Virus record (IMG/VR): IMGVR_UViG_3300017917_004998
Span: 1 to 64,000 of that record
DNA from: a virus
Length of the DNA stretch: 64,000 bases
Strand: one strand, 5' to 3'
Shown: one piece after another, positions 36,888-48,658 of the stretch
Layout of the letters: every line of letters begins with the position of its first letter
Numbering within the stretch: position 1 is the first letter of the stretch
Translations under genes and position numbers: made by a program
Notes under the pieces: model-generated
Databases searched by the model: none
What the model was told of the DNA's origin: nothing
What the model saw: only the letters and a program-made list of their open reading frames with translations

Positions 36888-37590
36888 ATGGAAAATAGAG
36901 AGTACAGCGTCAATGAATTCAGAAGGAGAACCAAGGAGGAGAAGGTGATCGATTCTTTTGCTGCCATTATAGACAAGATGTTTGAGATCGGTGGTCACAC
37001 AACCAGGTACAAAGATGTTGTTGGCAGAAAAGATGCATGGTACCAGGAATGGGAGATGACACTGGAGCAGAATGAGATGTGGAAGGCTTGGGGCATCGAT
37101 TTTCTGAAGCGGGAATTGAAGATGAATCAGAGACAGGCATCTATTGAAATGGGAATGATTAGCATGAACTGGGGTTTGACAATTTCTGATTGGAAAGCAG
37201 ATGTTTAGGATTTTCCTGTTCTGCATGTTTGCTCTCTGTGGAGTAGCAAGAGCACAGTCCTGTAACTTCGATCCAGTTGGCATGACCGAGCACATTTCTC
37301 ATGGCGATCTTGAAAGGATGTGTGCGGACACTGTCATGTGGATCGTAGAGAAGCCTGGGGATCGTTGGGTGTCGTATGATGTTAGTTCCCGTAGAGCGGG
37401 AAAGAGATTTCGCAGAATGAGCGGTTTGGAGCAGCTGACTCTGGTTGAGTACTACCACACAGACTGCTTCTTTGTCGTTGGTAGGGAATGCTCAGTAGGC
37501 AGATGTCTGCATAGATACAGACTTGTTGTTGATGAGAGGTGTCGCATTGTCTCTATAGAGGTGATACTGTGCCATGACTATGATATATAG
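36888..37590 (+). CDS. hypothetical 36888..37208 (paralog of 42206..42454) and secreted-type protein 37201..37590
   Basis: KMFEI.G...YxD(V/I)V.RKD.W shared block; hydrophobic N-terminus on 37201. Confidence 0.7.
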
Positions 37591-37593
37591 TGC

Positions 37594-38930
37594 ATGTCCA
37601 TTCTTAGATTCTGCGATTACGTTTTAGAGGATGGTCTCATTGGAGATCTTTCTTCTTTGGGATTTGATAGCTATTCTGGATGGATGGTGATGATCTATTC
37701 TGAGTATACCAAAGGGATTGAGATGAAGGCTGGAATTTATGCAGTGGTTGCCAAAAGCGTATTTGATGCATCAGAGATGATTATCGAGAATCTCGGGATC
37801 TTAGACCATTCGGATTCTTTGATTGAACCATTGAGTGGTGACACGTTTGAGGAATGTCTGGAGGAGCCGGCGAAGAGGCACATGAGCAGATTCAAGATAG
37901 CTAGGGTTTATTCAGGTCTTGTCCCTATTAAAGGAGAGGACTATTGTCTTGAGATTGATTGGACAAACCCAAAGCTTGCTATCAAAGATCTCAAAAGCAT
38001 TTTTAGCAACGTGGATGCAGTGCTGGACAGAGGTTTCTAATCTTTCGCTTTAACGTTTTTTCTTGCCGTATGCAGTGCTTATATTTGCACTATGGAATCT
38101 TTGATTGACGATCTCGAAGCTATTGGATTCGGTTCTGAGTTCAGCTGCGGAAAGGAGTGGGGTTATGGTGCTGAATTTGGCACCATCCCAGACGGCAGAA
38201 GTGATATGCACTTTTCCGCTAAAGTGGTGGAGAGACTGCTGTTATTGGATGCGCTAGAGGGCAAAATGTGTTTAGGTGGGTCTCTGGTCTTTAGATATTA
38301 TGTTGTGCTGGACGAAAGGCAGGTGAGCTTCTACCTTGTTCCCATTAATGACGATTTGTGCATCTTGATCTGCTCTTATGCTGTTGCCTTTGGCCCGGAT
38401 GCGTTAAGAATGAGGGTTTCAGACCCAGAAGAAGTTAGGAATCTGCATCTGCACCTCGGTCAGCTGGTGAAATGCACATTAAGCAACGTATGGATCTGAT
38501 GGACGAATCTTTGATTGACGATCTTGCATCTCTTGGGCTAAAGTTCGAGTTCAGACGTGGTGTAGACTGGGGCTACGGCAGGAGTCTGGACAAAGAACCA
38601 GATGGCAAACACTACATGTTCTTTACACCAGAGGCAGTTGAGAGACTTAGTGCGATTGGAGCTCTTGCGGGAAAGCAAGGATCTCTTGCTCATAACTTCG
38701 TGTACAATAGTGTCTGGCAGAACATGTATCGCGTGAGCTTCTATTTGCACAGGACTTCTGCAGTGTCCCTTAGTGATCCTCGCTCACGAAAGGATGTAAT
38801 GTATTACCTGGCTGGATCCTGCGGTGACTCTGGATTCGGTGTCGGGTATCTGCAATATCGCTTTCGTCCCAGTACGATCAAGAAGTTTCAGAAGGAGATA
38901 GAAGAATTGGTCTTGTCTCTGAGAGGCTGA
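37594..38930 (+). CDS. three DLxxLGF-tagged proteins: 37594..38040, 38092..38499, 38490..38930 (last two are tandem paralogs)
   Basis: GDLSSLGF, DDLEAIGF and DDLASLGL near the N-termini; shared WGYG...PDG block in the last two. Confidence 0.78.
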
Positions 38931-39004
38931 TCAGATCCGAAAATCTGGTGCCTGGGCCCGTTGAAAATTGGGCGAAAAAATGCCCTTTGTCTGATATATA
39001 ATGG

Positions 39005-40357
39005 ATGAAACATTTGTATGAATATGAAGACTCTGACGTCAGAGATCTGATGCAGAATCTGAAGGACATTGGCATCAATGATCTTCAGTCAGTCTTCATC
39101 CAAACGATTTCCAAGGGCGAGGAATCTTTCGATTGCTGGATCTTGGTTGGCAAAGACGAAGAGCAGATGGTCGAGATGCTGTTGGATGACGACATGGTCA
39201 GTCCAATCCCAGTGTCGTTGAGATCCAGATTTTCTGGCACAAAAACACTCAGTGATCTGTTTTTGTCCTCAAGCAACCTCAGAGTGTCGGACAGCGACCT
39301 GATCCACTTCACATTCTTTAGAGATCTGGAGCTTAGACCTTCAGTAAAAGAACCAATGCTTGTCTGCTTTCACGGCAACGAATTCTACAGGAGCATCAAT
39401 CTTCTTGAGACATATTACACAAACATCCAGGATGTTATGTACGAAAAATTGAGGGCAGACTGGGGCAACAATCTCTACGTTCAAAAATGGGGAAAGTGAT
39501 GAAGCACTTAAGGGGATATCCGGTTTTCATTAACGAGAAAGGAGATGATAAAGAACTGATGGATCTCCTGAAGGATATGCAGGGACTGGGTCTGACGCTA
39601 ACTGACGAGGAGAAAGACATGCTTGATTTTGTTAATCAATTTGGTGGTGGCATGTCTGCTGAAGACTATGCAGAGACCCTATACGATTACTTCACCAATC
39701 CAGAAGAGTATGAGATAGACAAGGAGGGGGACTACTACGACATGATCTGGTACCTCTTCGAGAACTCGGTAGAGGATCACGCAAGGTGTCCTTCTGCGAT
39801 GGTAGCATATCACAGATGGGATACATCTTCAATAGAGCAGGAACCTTTATACAAGCTCTACATCAAAATGTCGAATTACTACAATAAACGTAAATAAAAA
39901 AATGAAGCACCTCAAACTCTACGAAGATTATTCAGATGATGAGATCAAAGATCTCATGGGTGATCTCCATAGTGTTGGTTACAGCCCACTGGTGTTTAAA
40001 CTCTACTTTCCAGAAGATTCGTCCGGACAGGGACATCAGAAGAAGGAAGAGGAATATGCAGAAAATTGGAAGTCTGAGATAGATCCCAAGAGACACATTG
40101 TAAAAGTGGAGGGAGCACTAGCAGATGAAACAGATCACGACTGGGTGGATGTGACTCTAAACAATGGTGACTTCATCGAGTACTCCTACCAGTTTGATAG
40201 AAGATGGGGAGACTCCGAATCCAAGTTTAAAATTAACGGAAAAGAATATCCAGAATATGCTGGAGAAATTCATGACGGGATCGTGGACTCCGGAAAAGGC
40301 TATCTAGAACAGATGCTGGCCTGCTACGACAAAGAGATCGGAAAGTTCTACCATTAA
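39005..40357 (+). CDS. three doubly tagged acidic proteins: 39005..39499, 39499..39897, 39902..40357
   Basis: MKHL... N-termini followed by DLxx(L/I/V)G(I/L/Y); GATATATA at 38993. Confidence 0.8.
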
Positions 40358-40465
40358 GACAGTATATTCTAGCATATCAATAGGGTGTAAATCAGAAGCC
40401 TTTGTACAAGCTCTATCTAAAAATGTCCGACTACTACAATAAACTGAGAAAGTAATATATAGATT

Positions 40466-41221
40466 ATGAAAATAGCTACTACATTTGAGGATTTCCTGAA
40501 CGAACAGGAGACTGAGATACACAAGATGCTTATTCAATTCCTACACGAAGGTGTTAGAATGGAAAGGGTTTCTTCGAGTATAAACGAAGGCACTGTGTCT
40601 AAGGCTGATTATGAATTGAATAGACTAATTAAGAGAGAAGAGGAAAAGGGTGGGACTCCGATAATCAAAGAATTTTTGCCTGAGGTGAAAGCATTGGTGA
40701 AGAAATTTGCAGACTCTGGACAGAGCGGGGGATCTGCTCCCTTCACAACCTCTGTGATCTTGAATGTGATTGAAAAACTTCTGAAGCAAGAACCATTGGG
40801 TGGAGTTGAGAATACAGAAGATGAATGGTATAGCTTATCCACATTTGGTGACAAAGAAAGTTATCAAAACAATAGACTTAGTTCTGTCTTTAAAGAAGGG
40901 AAGAAAGGAAGACCTTATTATCTAAACGCAATCGTATTTAGAAGTCCGGGTAAAAATTATACATTCACCTCAGGATCTGTTGATCTACAAGATTTGGCTG
41001 GAGATGGGGGTGGTGGCAAAATAGGTTCATCACAGTACATCAAATCATTCCCATTTGAGCCCAAAACATTTGTCATCGACGTTGACGAGAAAGAATATAG
41101 AAAGCTAAAAGACGGAACTCTGGTTGAAGAGGATGGTGGAGGCTGGTGGGAGTCTTGGGTAAAAGACCCAAAACAGCTTGACGAAGTCTGGGAATACTAC
41201 GACAGAAAAAAGACCAAGTAA
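40466..41221 (+). CDS. tagged hypothetical protein (MKIATTFEDFLNE)
   Basis: 251 aa ORF; AATATATA upstream. Confidence 0.8.
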   Translation: MKIATTFEDFLNEQETEIHKMLIQFLHEGVRMERVSSSINEGTVSKADYELNRLIKREEEKGGTPIIKEFLPEVKALVKKFADSGQSGGSAPFTTSVILNVIEKLLKQEPLGGVENTEDEWYSLSTFGDKESYQNNRLSSVFKEGKKGRPYYLNAIVFRSPGKNYTFTSGSVDLQDLAGDGGGGKIGSSQYIKSFPFEPKTFVIDVDEKEYRKLKDGTLVEEDGGGWWESWVKDPKQLDEVWEYYDRKKTK

Positions 41222-41294
41222 AAGCGTCTTGCTTTTTATTTTTTTAGATTTCATTTTTATTAAACAGTTCATATCCTTACATTTGTGATGGAAT

Positions 41295-42669
41295 ATGAGT
41301 GTACAACCAGACCATGGACAAGAAGATCTCGATAGTCTTTTATCTGATTTAAAATCTATTGGGATGCCAATTCGTGAAAAAATGGAATTTGGCGTGGTGA
41401 AGTTTTCTGTATATAAAAAAATAATTTCGGGGATAGCCTTTGAATTTGAAGCGGTAGATAACATCGAATCAATTCTGGATGCAGTAAACACTAAAGAATT
41501 CATAGATGCAGTCTGTCCGGTTATTCACGGAGGAATTGACTTTAGCAAGAATAGAAAATGGGACCGTTTGGATCAGCTTTTCGATGCTGTTGTCACGGGT
41601 CAAAATGCATATTATATTTTGGTGTACTTAAAAAGCGAATCCAGAGTTATTCATTCAAGAGAAGTTGGGATGGGATACATCAACTTAGGAGGCATTGAAA
41701 ATTTGGGTTTAATTGATTTAATATGATAGATATGATGTCACATCAGTACTATCACATGAACACTCTCCAGGACGATTTGGTCAAATTGGGATTCCCTGAC
41801 ATGGATGCTGTTCCGATGATTTTCGAAATGACGTCAGTGTATGAAGATGGCTACACCGATGTTATTGTCAATTTCGAATTTTCTTCAGCGATCAAAGAGG
41901 ATAAGATTATAGAGGAGCTAAACAGTAACAACAGATTTAAGAATACTCTTTCCTCTATTGCTCCATCTGGATATGATTGGCCTTTTGTTAACGATTTCCA
42001 AGACATAGAAAAACTTTTTTGGAAAATTAAGACCTATATCCTAGAACAGAAATACTCATCTCTCCCCATTGTTGAGATAGAGATAAGAACCAAGGAAGGA
42101 CACGTATTTGCAAAGTCTTCCTTTCCCAGGAAATCATAATCGAAATTTATCTGATCTGACAGATATAAATAGCCCACGGTGATCAAATAACCCGGAGTTA
42201 AAAAAATGGTAGGACAAGAAGAATTGGAAGTTTTATTAAACAAAATGTTTGAGATTTCGGGATATGAAGTCAAATACAGCGATATAGTCACAAGAAAGGA
42301 CAACTGGTTCAACGACTTCCTGATGACAAGAAAGCAGGAGGAGGAGTGGATGAAGTGGGGAAAAAGGTATTTGAAGAAAAAGGTCCACAATCCTGAGATA
42401 ACGATGATTCTTATTAATGCCACCTGGGGGATTAAAGTTCTTGAAAGGGACTAAGACATTTTTTTGCGACGTAATTACGCAATAAATTTGTGTCAATGAG
42501 TCAAGAAGAAAAAATCCAGCAAGCTAAAGACGAATATGGCCACGATGTGGTTGGGACTGTATTACAAATGGTTGCCATGGCAGATCCTGACGGAGCTTAT
42601 TCGGCATTTCAAGACAACGAGATGTTCGACCACGCAGAGGTTGTCTCGATGATCTATATCGAGGATTAA
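41295..42669 (+). CDS. hypothetical proteins 41295..41726, 41723..42139, 42206..42454, 42496..42669
   Basis: The first two carry the DLxx(I/L)G tag near the N-terminus. Confidence 0.72.
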
Positions 42670-42752
42670 GCTCAATCTTAATTAATTTCTAATCTGGCAG
42701 TCCACACAAGGCTGCCTTTTTCTTTGATATATAGACAAAACCAAAACAGTCT

Positions 42753-43463
42753 ATGAAAAGGATCAAACCATTCGTTTTATTTCTAAGAGAACAGAATGAC
42801 ACCGGATACGATGAATATTCATTCGAAGAACTTTCAGATGAAGCGAAAGAGAAAGCTTTAGATGCTATGAGAGATATTAACACAGATCGATCTGGATGGG
42901 ACGAGCCAATTACTACGGACTTCGAGAACGAGATGGGAGAATTTGGATTGGACAACGTTAAGATTAGCTATAGCGGATTTTATTCTCAAGGAGACGGAGC
43001 CTCTTTCACAGGTAACGTCATCGACGCTAAAACTTTCATGGCTAAAGCACTAGATATGAAGGATACAGAATGGATCGATATGAGCAACGACGAAAATCCA
43101 GAAGACGAGGGAAGCAGACTGAGAGCAGATCTCCTTGATATTGGTTTTGATACCAGAGAGAAGTTAACTCCAGATAATTTCTATATTGAGATAGTAAGAA
43201 CTTCCAATAGACATTCTCACGAGAATACGATAGAGGGCAAAGTTTCCATAGAAGATATTCCAGAATCTATAGAAGACGAAATACCGTCACAAGCTATTGA
43301 GAATGAAATACAAGGAAAAGTAACTAATTGGGCTAGAGCCAAATCAAAAGAGCTTTATCGAAATTTAGAAAGATACTATGATGATTTGACATCGGATGAG
43401 GAGGTAAAGGGAACTATAATAGCAAACGAATACAAGTTTGACGAGGACGGCACTCTTATTTAA
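42753..43463 (+). CDS. tagged conserved hypothetical protein
   Basis: YSFEELSDEAKEKA, YSGFYSQGDGASF; internal ADLLDIGF; GATATATA at 42726. Confidence 0.8.
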   Translation: MKRIKPFVLFLREQNDTGYDEYSFEELSDEAKEKALDAMRDINTDRSGWDEPITTDFENEMGEFGLDNVKISYSGFYSQGDGASFTGNVIDAKTFMAKALDMKDTEWIDMSNDENPEDEGSRLRADLLDIGFDTREKLTPDNFYIEIVRTSNRHSHENTIEGKVSIEDIPESIEDEIPSQAIENEIQGKVTNWARAKSKELYRNLERYYDDLTSDEEVKGTIIANEYKFDEDGTLI

Positions 43464-43529
43464 TCGGAACAAAAATTAGTTATCGTATCTATAACTAAAA
43501 TTAATACCATAAGGTCTTTAATACAAAAA

Positions 43530-45643
43530 ATGAATTCCGCTACATTTATCCCAAGAGGATTGGACCAATTAATCGAAGACTTTAAAGAATCCTCAGGCAA
43601 TTTTTTAAATTTTTACAACGCCATGGATTCTAGAGAAAAATTACTTTTCCAAGGCTGGATTTATAAATTAAGAATCGAAGCAAATTCACCAATTGCAAAC
43701 GGCGACGAAGCATCTTCTTCTAGACTATTCTAAATTACCAAAATCATATGCACTCTTTAATTTCTATTAGCTTAGATAATAAAACCGGCATTAGCTTTGT
43801 CTATAAAGAACTACTTTCAAATTGTTAATCCATGATAGTTAAATTCCTGTGCACAACAGACGACAAGAAGAATTATTACTCTATCAAGTCGAAAATCAAT
43901 TTCAACAGAGCAACCATAATCAGAGAAAAAGTAAGGGATTTAAAAAATGACTTTTTCACAGAGATAGAGGTTGTCTCGCACGGAAGGACACTTTACAGGG
44001 ATCTCAAGCAATCTGGTCTTTGTAAAAATTTGATCCTAAGATCGAGGTTGGACGATAGTATGGAATAATTTTTTTATTTTTGTCACTATTACAAAAAGAT
44101 GAACAGGAGCTCACATAGTCACAGGTACCAAAATGCTGAATCAACTAGCAAAGAGGATTTTGCTAATTACTGTAATGAAGCCTATAACACACTTATCTAT
44201 TTCAAAGGGAAGAAAACCAAAATCAGGCTTAACGAAATAAAGGATTCAAACCTAGCAATCAGGAGAATGCTAGGACTATTTATAGACCGCGAGGAATTTG
44301 AAAAGTGCACAGAATTAAAGGAGTTGCTCGATCTCAATTTCGAAGGAAATAATGAACCAATATTCGACTATAGAGAGTTATGACAAAGAAAATTGCTACC
44401 GGTCAAAAACGATCTGGCGAGAATAAAAATTTGCCGTGCAATGAGTGTTCTGCGATCGTTTACAACGTTGATTCAAATACAGAGACAGTAATTTGCTGGA
44501 GATGTGTAAACAAATCAATCAATCCAAATTCACTTATTGCGAGCGATTTAGATTTTGATGCATGGAAAGATTTAGTCAAAAGAAAAATATTTATATCAAA
44601 TGGAAGATCAGAGAACACAAAAGCTGAAGGAGAATTATAATCAACTAGTGTTGAGAGTAGCAAGAAATGTTTATTTGAAACAACAGGAGTGTGTCAGAGA
44701 CCTTAACGAATCCAAAATCAGAGAGGAAGACAAAAATGCTATCAGACTACACATGATTAGAATGATTACCGCAGAGCAAGGACAAAACCCAAACCAGAAA
44801 TGATCAACATTGGCAATCGCATTAGGTCAATTTTTGAGAACGCTTCGAGAGGCAGAGAAAAGAGAAAAGCAGAGAGAAGCCTGAGAATCACCAGGATCAG
44901 AGAAAAGAAGAAGGAGATTGCCAGGGATATTGCTGCTGGCCACAATGTTGGTGATTTTTCATTAGATCCAACAGATGTCACTGCAATAATGAAAACCATC
45001 GAGACTGGTAAGGGAATCTGTATTGCTGATCTAAAAAAACTGTACGAAAGATACAGAGGATTTTAATCCTAAAATCTGTAATCGTTTTTTTATTGCGTTT
45101 GGTGTTCTTAAATTTGAGTAAATAAAAGGAACATGAAGGAAATAAAAGTTGCAGACGAGTACAGAACTAACCCATTAAGTATTCAACCTGGCGGAGACGA
45201 AATCAAGGTTTATTTGGCTGATGGTATGGTTTACACCTACGATAAGATCAAGAGTCCAGCAAAATATATTAACAAGCTGGAGTTTAAGGACAACATTGTA
45301 AGAATCGACATTAACGGCAAACAGGCCTGGGCAAGTATTGATCCTGGTGCTAAATATTGGGAAATCTAAAAAATATTAGTTTTCGTTTTTTATCCACAAC
45401 ATTTAGGTATAAATTTACAGTATAGATATAAGCATGTTACAGAAATTATTAAATAAAGTAGGATTTACAGGAGCAATTGCTATCGTGGTATTTCTCGTAT
45501 TAGGATTACTAGTTGTTAGCCCATTGGTATTACTATGGGGATTAAATTCACTCGGCTTTGCCGTACCTTACACAACGAAAACTTTTCTGGGTGCTATAGC
45601 AGTCATTCTAGTTTTAAGATCATCTGGAACTTCACAAAAATAA
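43530..45643 (+). CDS. run of small hypothetical genes (43530..43733, 43832..44068, 44099..44383, 44380..44640 Zn finger, 44600..44803, 44800..45066, 45133..45369, 45434..45643 membrane)
   Basis: Colinear ORFs; CxxC-x15-CxxC in 44380. Confidence 0.68.
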
Positions 45644-45646
45644 ATC

Positions 45647-46111
45647 ATGAGTGGTAAAACAGTAATTTTCGACTTGGACGGAACTTTGGCTGATATCAAA
45701 GAACGTCGAACACTTGCAACCAAAGAAGGTGGTAAAATCGATTGGCCCAAATTTTTTGATCCAAACAACATTTCTCTGGACAAACCAAATACTCCAGTGA
45801 TTGAATCCTTCAAGGCTTTACAGAAAGCTGGTCACCGGATGGTAATCTTTTCAGGACGTAGCGATGCTACAAGGGAGGAAACTGAAAAATGGCTTGCAGC
45901 CAACGGGATTTCCTACGATAAGCTGTTAATGAGACCAGGAACAGGAGAAGGTATGTTTACACCGGACGATCAGCTTAAAGAGGATTGGTTAAACAAGGAA
46001 TTCACAGACAAGAGCCAAATCCTTTGTGTTTATGATGACCGCGATAAGGTAGTAAGCATGTGGAGAAGAAATGGAATAGCTTGTTTTCAAGTAGCACCAG
46101 GTGATTTTTAA
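45647..46111 (+). CDS. HAD phosphatase resembling the 3'-phosphatase domain of T4 polynucleotide kinase
   Basis: IFDLDGT, FSGRS, YDDRDKVVSMWR...CFQVAPGDF. Confidence 0.85.
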   Translation: MSGKTVIFDLDGTLADIKERRTLATKEGGKIDWPKFFDPNNISLDKPNTPVIESFKALQKAGHRMVIFSGRSDATREETEKWLAANGISYDKLLMRPGTGEGMFTPDDQLKEDWLNKEFTDKSQILCVYDDRDKVVSMWRRNGIACFQVAPGDF

Positions 46112-46136
46112 TCCCCTTTTTTTGATATATAGTTTT

Positions 46137-46625
46137 ATGAAGCACATTAAATTATTCGAATCCGACCCCGACGATATTTTAGGGGATTTGGAAAAAATCG
46201 GGTTTGAACCTTTTATTGGGTTTATTTGGTGCGCAGGAACAAGTACTAAACAATTGGGTTTTTTAGTTGTCGGCAAAGACGAAGAGGATTGTGTGAACCA
46301 AGTTAAATCACATTTAACTTATTATCTTAACACAATGGGACCTGGCTTTTTTTCTTCAGGTGGTATTGGTGGTACCACGAGGAAGTCGGCGAATACTATG
46401 GAGGAATATCTGACACAGCTTTATGAAGTTGGAAAAATCCGTGACGCCGGACATTACAGATTCAAAGCAAGAAAAAACGAGGCCTTGGTTAAAATATTTT
46501 GGGATGACTACATGATGAACCCGAAGTATGTTTACGACCAAGCCCAAGAATATTTCACGGATGCAGACATTGAGTTCGATAAGGAATATCCACAGGAAGA
46601 AATTTATCTCAAGAAATATAAATAA
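46137..46625 (+). CDS. doubly tagged protein (MKHIKLFES...GDLEKIGF)
   Basis: GATATATA at 46124. Confidence 0.8.
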   Translation: MKHIKLFESDPDDILGDLEKIGFEPFIGFIWCAGTSTKQLGFLVVGKDEEDCVNQVKSHLTYYLNTMGPGFFSSGGIGGTTRKSANTMEEYLTQLYEVGKIRDAGHYRFKARKNEALVKIFWDDYMMNPKYVYDQAQEYFTDADIEFDKEYPQEEIYLKKYK

Positions 46626-46778
46626 GGTGTGGATGATCTACTTATTCCAGGGTTAGTTACCTGGAAGTATCTTGGCGAATCGATGCCTGTCATTTTATCA
46701 GTAATCTTAGAAATAAATCGATAGCGGGTTTCGGTCTGGCCCTACTATTATCGATCACGTCTCTTGATATATAATTGT

Positions 46779-47264
46779 ATGTTTGAGTTTATTTCTAAAA
46801 TATTGGTTACACTTACCCCAGCTCAAAGATTGTGGGCGTTAACGATAGTGTTGACATCCATTGTTATAATTACACTGGGCCCAGGCTGGATAAACAGAAA
46901 CGATTGTTCTGATTTGTACCCGATAGTAAAAACACAAAAACAAGAAATAGCTTCTTTGAATCGAGAAATTCTGGATGTTCAGAAGGAATGCACATCAAGT
47001 AGAACTAAAAGGGAGTCCGAGATAAGAGAGCTAGTTAACCAATTAGAGATCGAGATCTCTAAGCTTGGTGCCGGGCAAAGACAAATCAAAAAAATGGATT
47101 ACTTGACAATAGACACAGTTTTAGTAGATGGTGAGCCTTCGCCAAAAATTGCATCTAAAAAAATAGTAACCACTGTACCAATGGATCTTTCTAAGGTTAA
47201 ACATTCCATCAAATGTCTGAAAGAAAAAATAGGTAAGGATTCACACACGGCGGGTGAAGATTAA
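46779..47264 (+). CDS. membrane-anchored coiled-coil protein
   Basis: N-terminal transmembrane helix and heptad region; GATATATA at 46766. Confidence 0.7.
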   Translation: MFEFISKILVTLTPAQRLWALTIVLTSIVIITLGPGWINRNDCSDLYPIVKTQKQEIASLNREILDVQKECTSSRTKRESEIRELVNQLEIEISKLGAGQRQIKKMDYLTIDTVLVDGEPSPKIASKKIVTTVPMDLSKVKHSIKCLKEKIGKDSHTAGED

Positions 47265-47406
47265 TTTCTTGATAGAATAAAAAGAAAATAAAAATCCCAA
47301 CAAAAAAAACCACCAGGTTCTGTCTATAAATTTGATAATTTTACTGTGAATCGATGTTAAGGTTTTCAATGGTTTAATTAGTGATTTTGTTGATATATAA
47401 CTCACC

Positions 47407-47973
47407 ATGAAAAGAATAAAGCTTTTCGAAGAACATTCGGAAAAAGAAACACCAAGGTTTAACCATAAAGAAATTACAGAGGTAATAAATTCTGCTGACC
47501 TTGACAAATTCTTTTCAATTGATGCAGAAAAGGTTAAACTACAAGCCTGGGCAGACACATTAAAAAGCGGTTATGTCCCTTCTGATCCAGGATACATAAA
47601 AACACAATTTGTCTGCTATATTATCGATAGCGGGATCAAATGTGATTTTAAAGGATTTAAGGAAAAAATAAAAGAGTCTTTTCTCAAATCCAAAAAAGGA
47701 AGTCAGAAAGATCTGGATCTTTTGAATGACCTAGGAGAACTTGGTTTTACTAAAAAGTATTATTCACTCCAAACTATCTTAAACTCTATAGATAACGAAA
47801 AAGATTTGTCAGATATGGTTTCTACAACGGACAAGGATTATATTTTGGATACTATGATAGACGATCCAAAAAGTAATCCAGTGGAGGTTTGGACGAAATT
47901 TAAAGAATATGTAGGTGAAATAAAATTCGAAAAAGAAGATTTAATCAAATACATCACTCGTAAAATTTCTTAA
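47407..47973 (+). CDS. doubly tagged protein (MKRIKLFEE...NDLGELGF)
   Basis: GATATATA at 47392. Confidence 0.8.
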   Translation: MKRIKLFEEHSEKETPRFNHKEITEVINSADLDKFFSIDAEKVKLQAWADTLKSGYVPSDPGYIKTQFVCYIIDSGIKCDFKGFKEKIKESFLKSKKGSQKDLDLLNDLGELGFTKKYYSLQTILNSIDNEKDLSDMVSTTDKDYILDTMIDDPKSNPVEVWTKFKEYVGEIKFEKEDLIKYITRKIS

Positions 47974-48053
47974 AAAAATCAGTAAAATTTCGTATTTTCT
48001 TTTTTTATCCTCGGGGATATACCTTACTTTTAAGATGTAAAACAAACACATCT

Positions 48054-48617
48054 ATGAAAAAGACCGTCATCACCCAAATTTTCGCTTTCGTTTGCTTGGC
48101 AGCTTTCGGTCAGGGTAACCAACAAATCGTTCAAACCAAAAAAGAAGGATTTAAAGCTTACGAGGTGGAAGTAGCAGATTACGAAAGTCTTATCAACAAG
48201 ACTCGTTTGGAAGCAGGAGCAGGCAAATTGGTTAGAAAGTCAGAATTAGATTCTTATTGCTACGAACGATGCATCAGGTTAATGAACATCTTTTTGTCAG
48301 ACCCAGAAGCTTACGTTTTGGATTATCACAAAAACACCATCTTCCACAAAGAAGCTCATGCCGGATACAAATTGATGGAAAATGCTACCGAATGGTTAAA
48401 TTGGAAGGTTTCAAATCTTGGCGTAGAAATTAACGATGGATACAACGAATCACCAGGACACTACAAAAATAGGGTAAACCCAGAATGGAAAGCATATGGT
48501 ACTTGCTCTATCGTAATTAATTTTAATGCAATTAACGAGGACTACGATCCTTCAGTTCCAACCTCAAGGAAGTACTTGCCTAAACAACTTTTGTTTAGCT
48601 ACGAGGCTTTCAAATAA
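48054..48617 (+). CDS. secreted CAP/SCP-domain-like protein
   Basis: Signal peptide; INKTRLEAG..L and ESPGHYKN motifs. Confidence 0.65.
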   Translation: MKKTVITQIFAFVCLAAFGQGNQQIVQTKKEGFKAYEVEVADYESLINKTRLEAGAGKLVRKSELDSYCYERCIRLMNIFLSDPEAYVLDYHKNTIFHKEAHAGYKLMENATEWLNWKVSNLGVEINDGYNESPGHYKNRVNPEWKAYGTCSIVINFNAINEDYDPSVPTSRKYLPKQLLFSYEAFK

Positions 48618-48658
48618 AAAAAGCCAGATCTTTTGGATCTGGCTTTTTTGTGATTATT

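Noticed and set aside
42164-42171. T4-type late promoter TATAAATA
   Set aside because: Only one instance noticed, inside a hairpin; the recurrent motif here is GATATATA.
46626-46762. Intergenic hairpins as a ncRNA
   Set aside because: Two simple stem-loops with no second copy or recognisable motif; a terminator or leader structure is sufficient.
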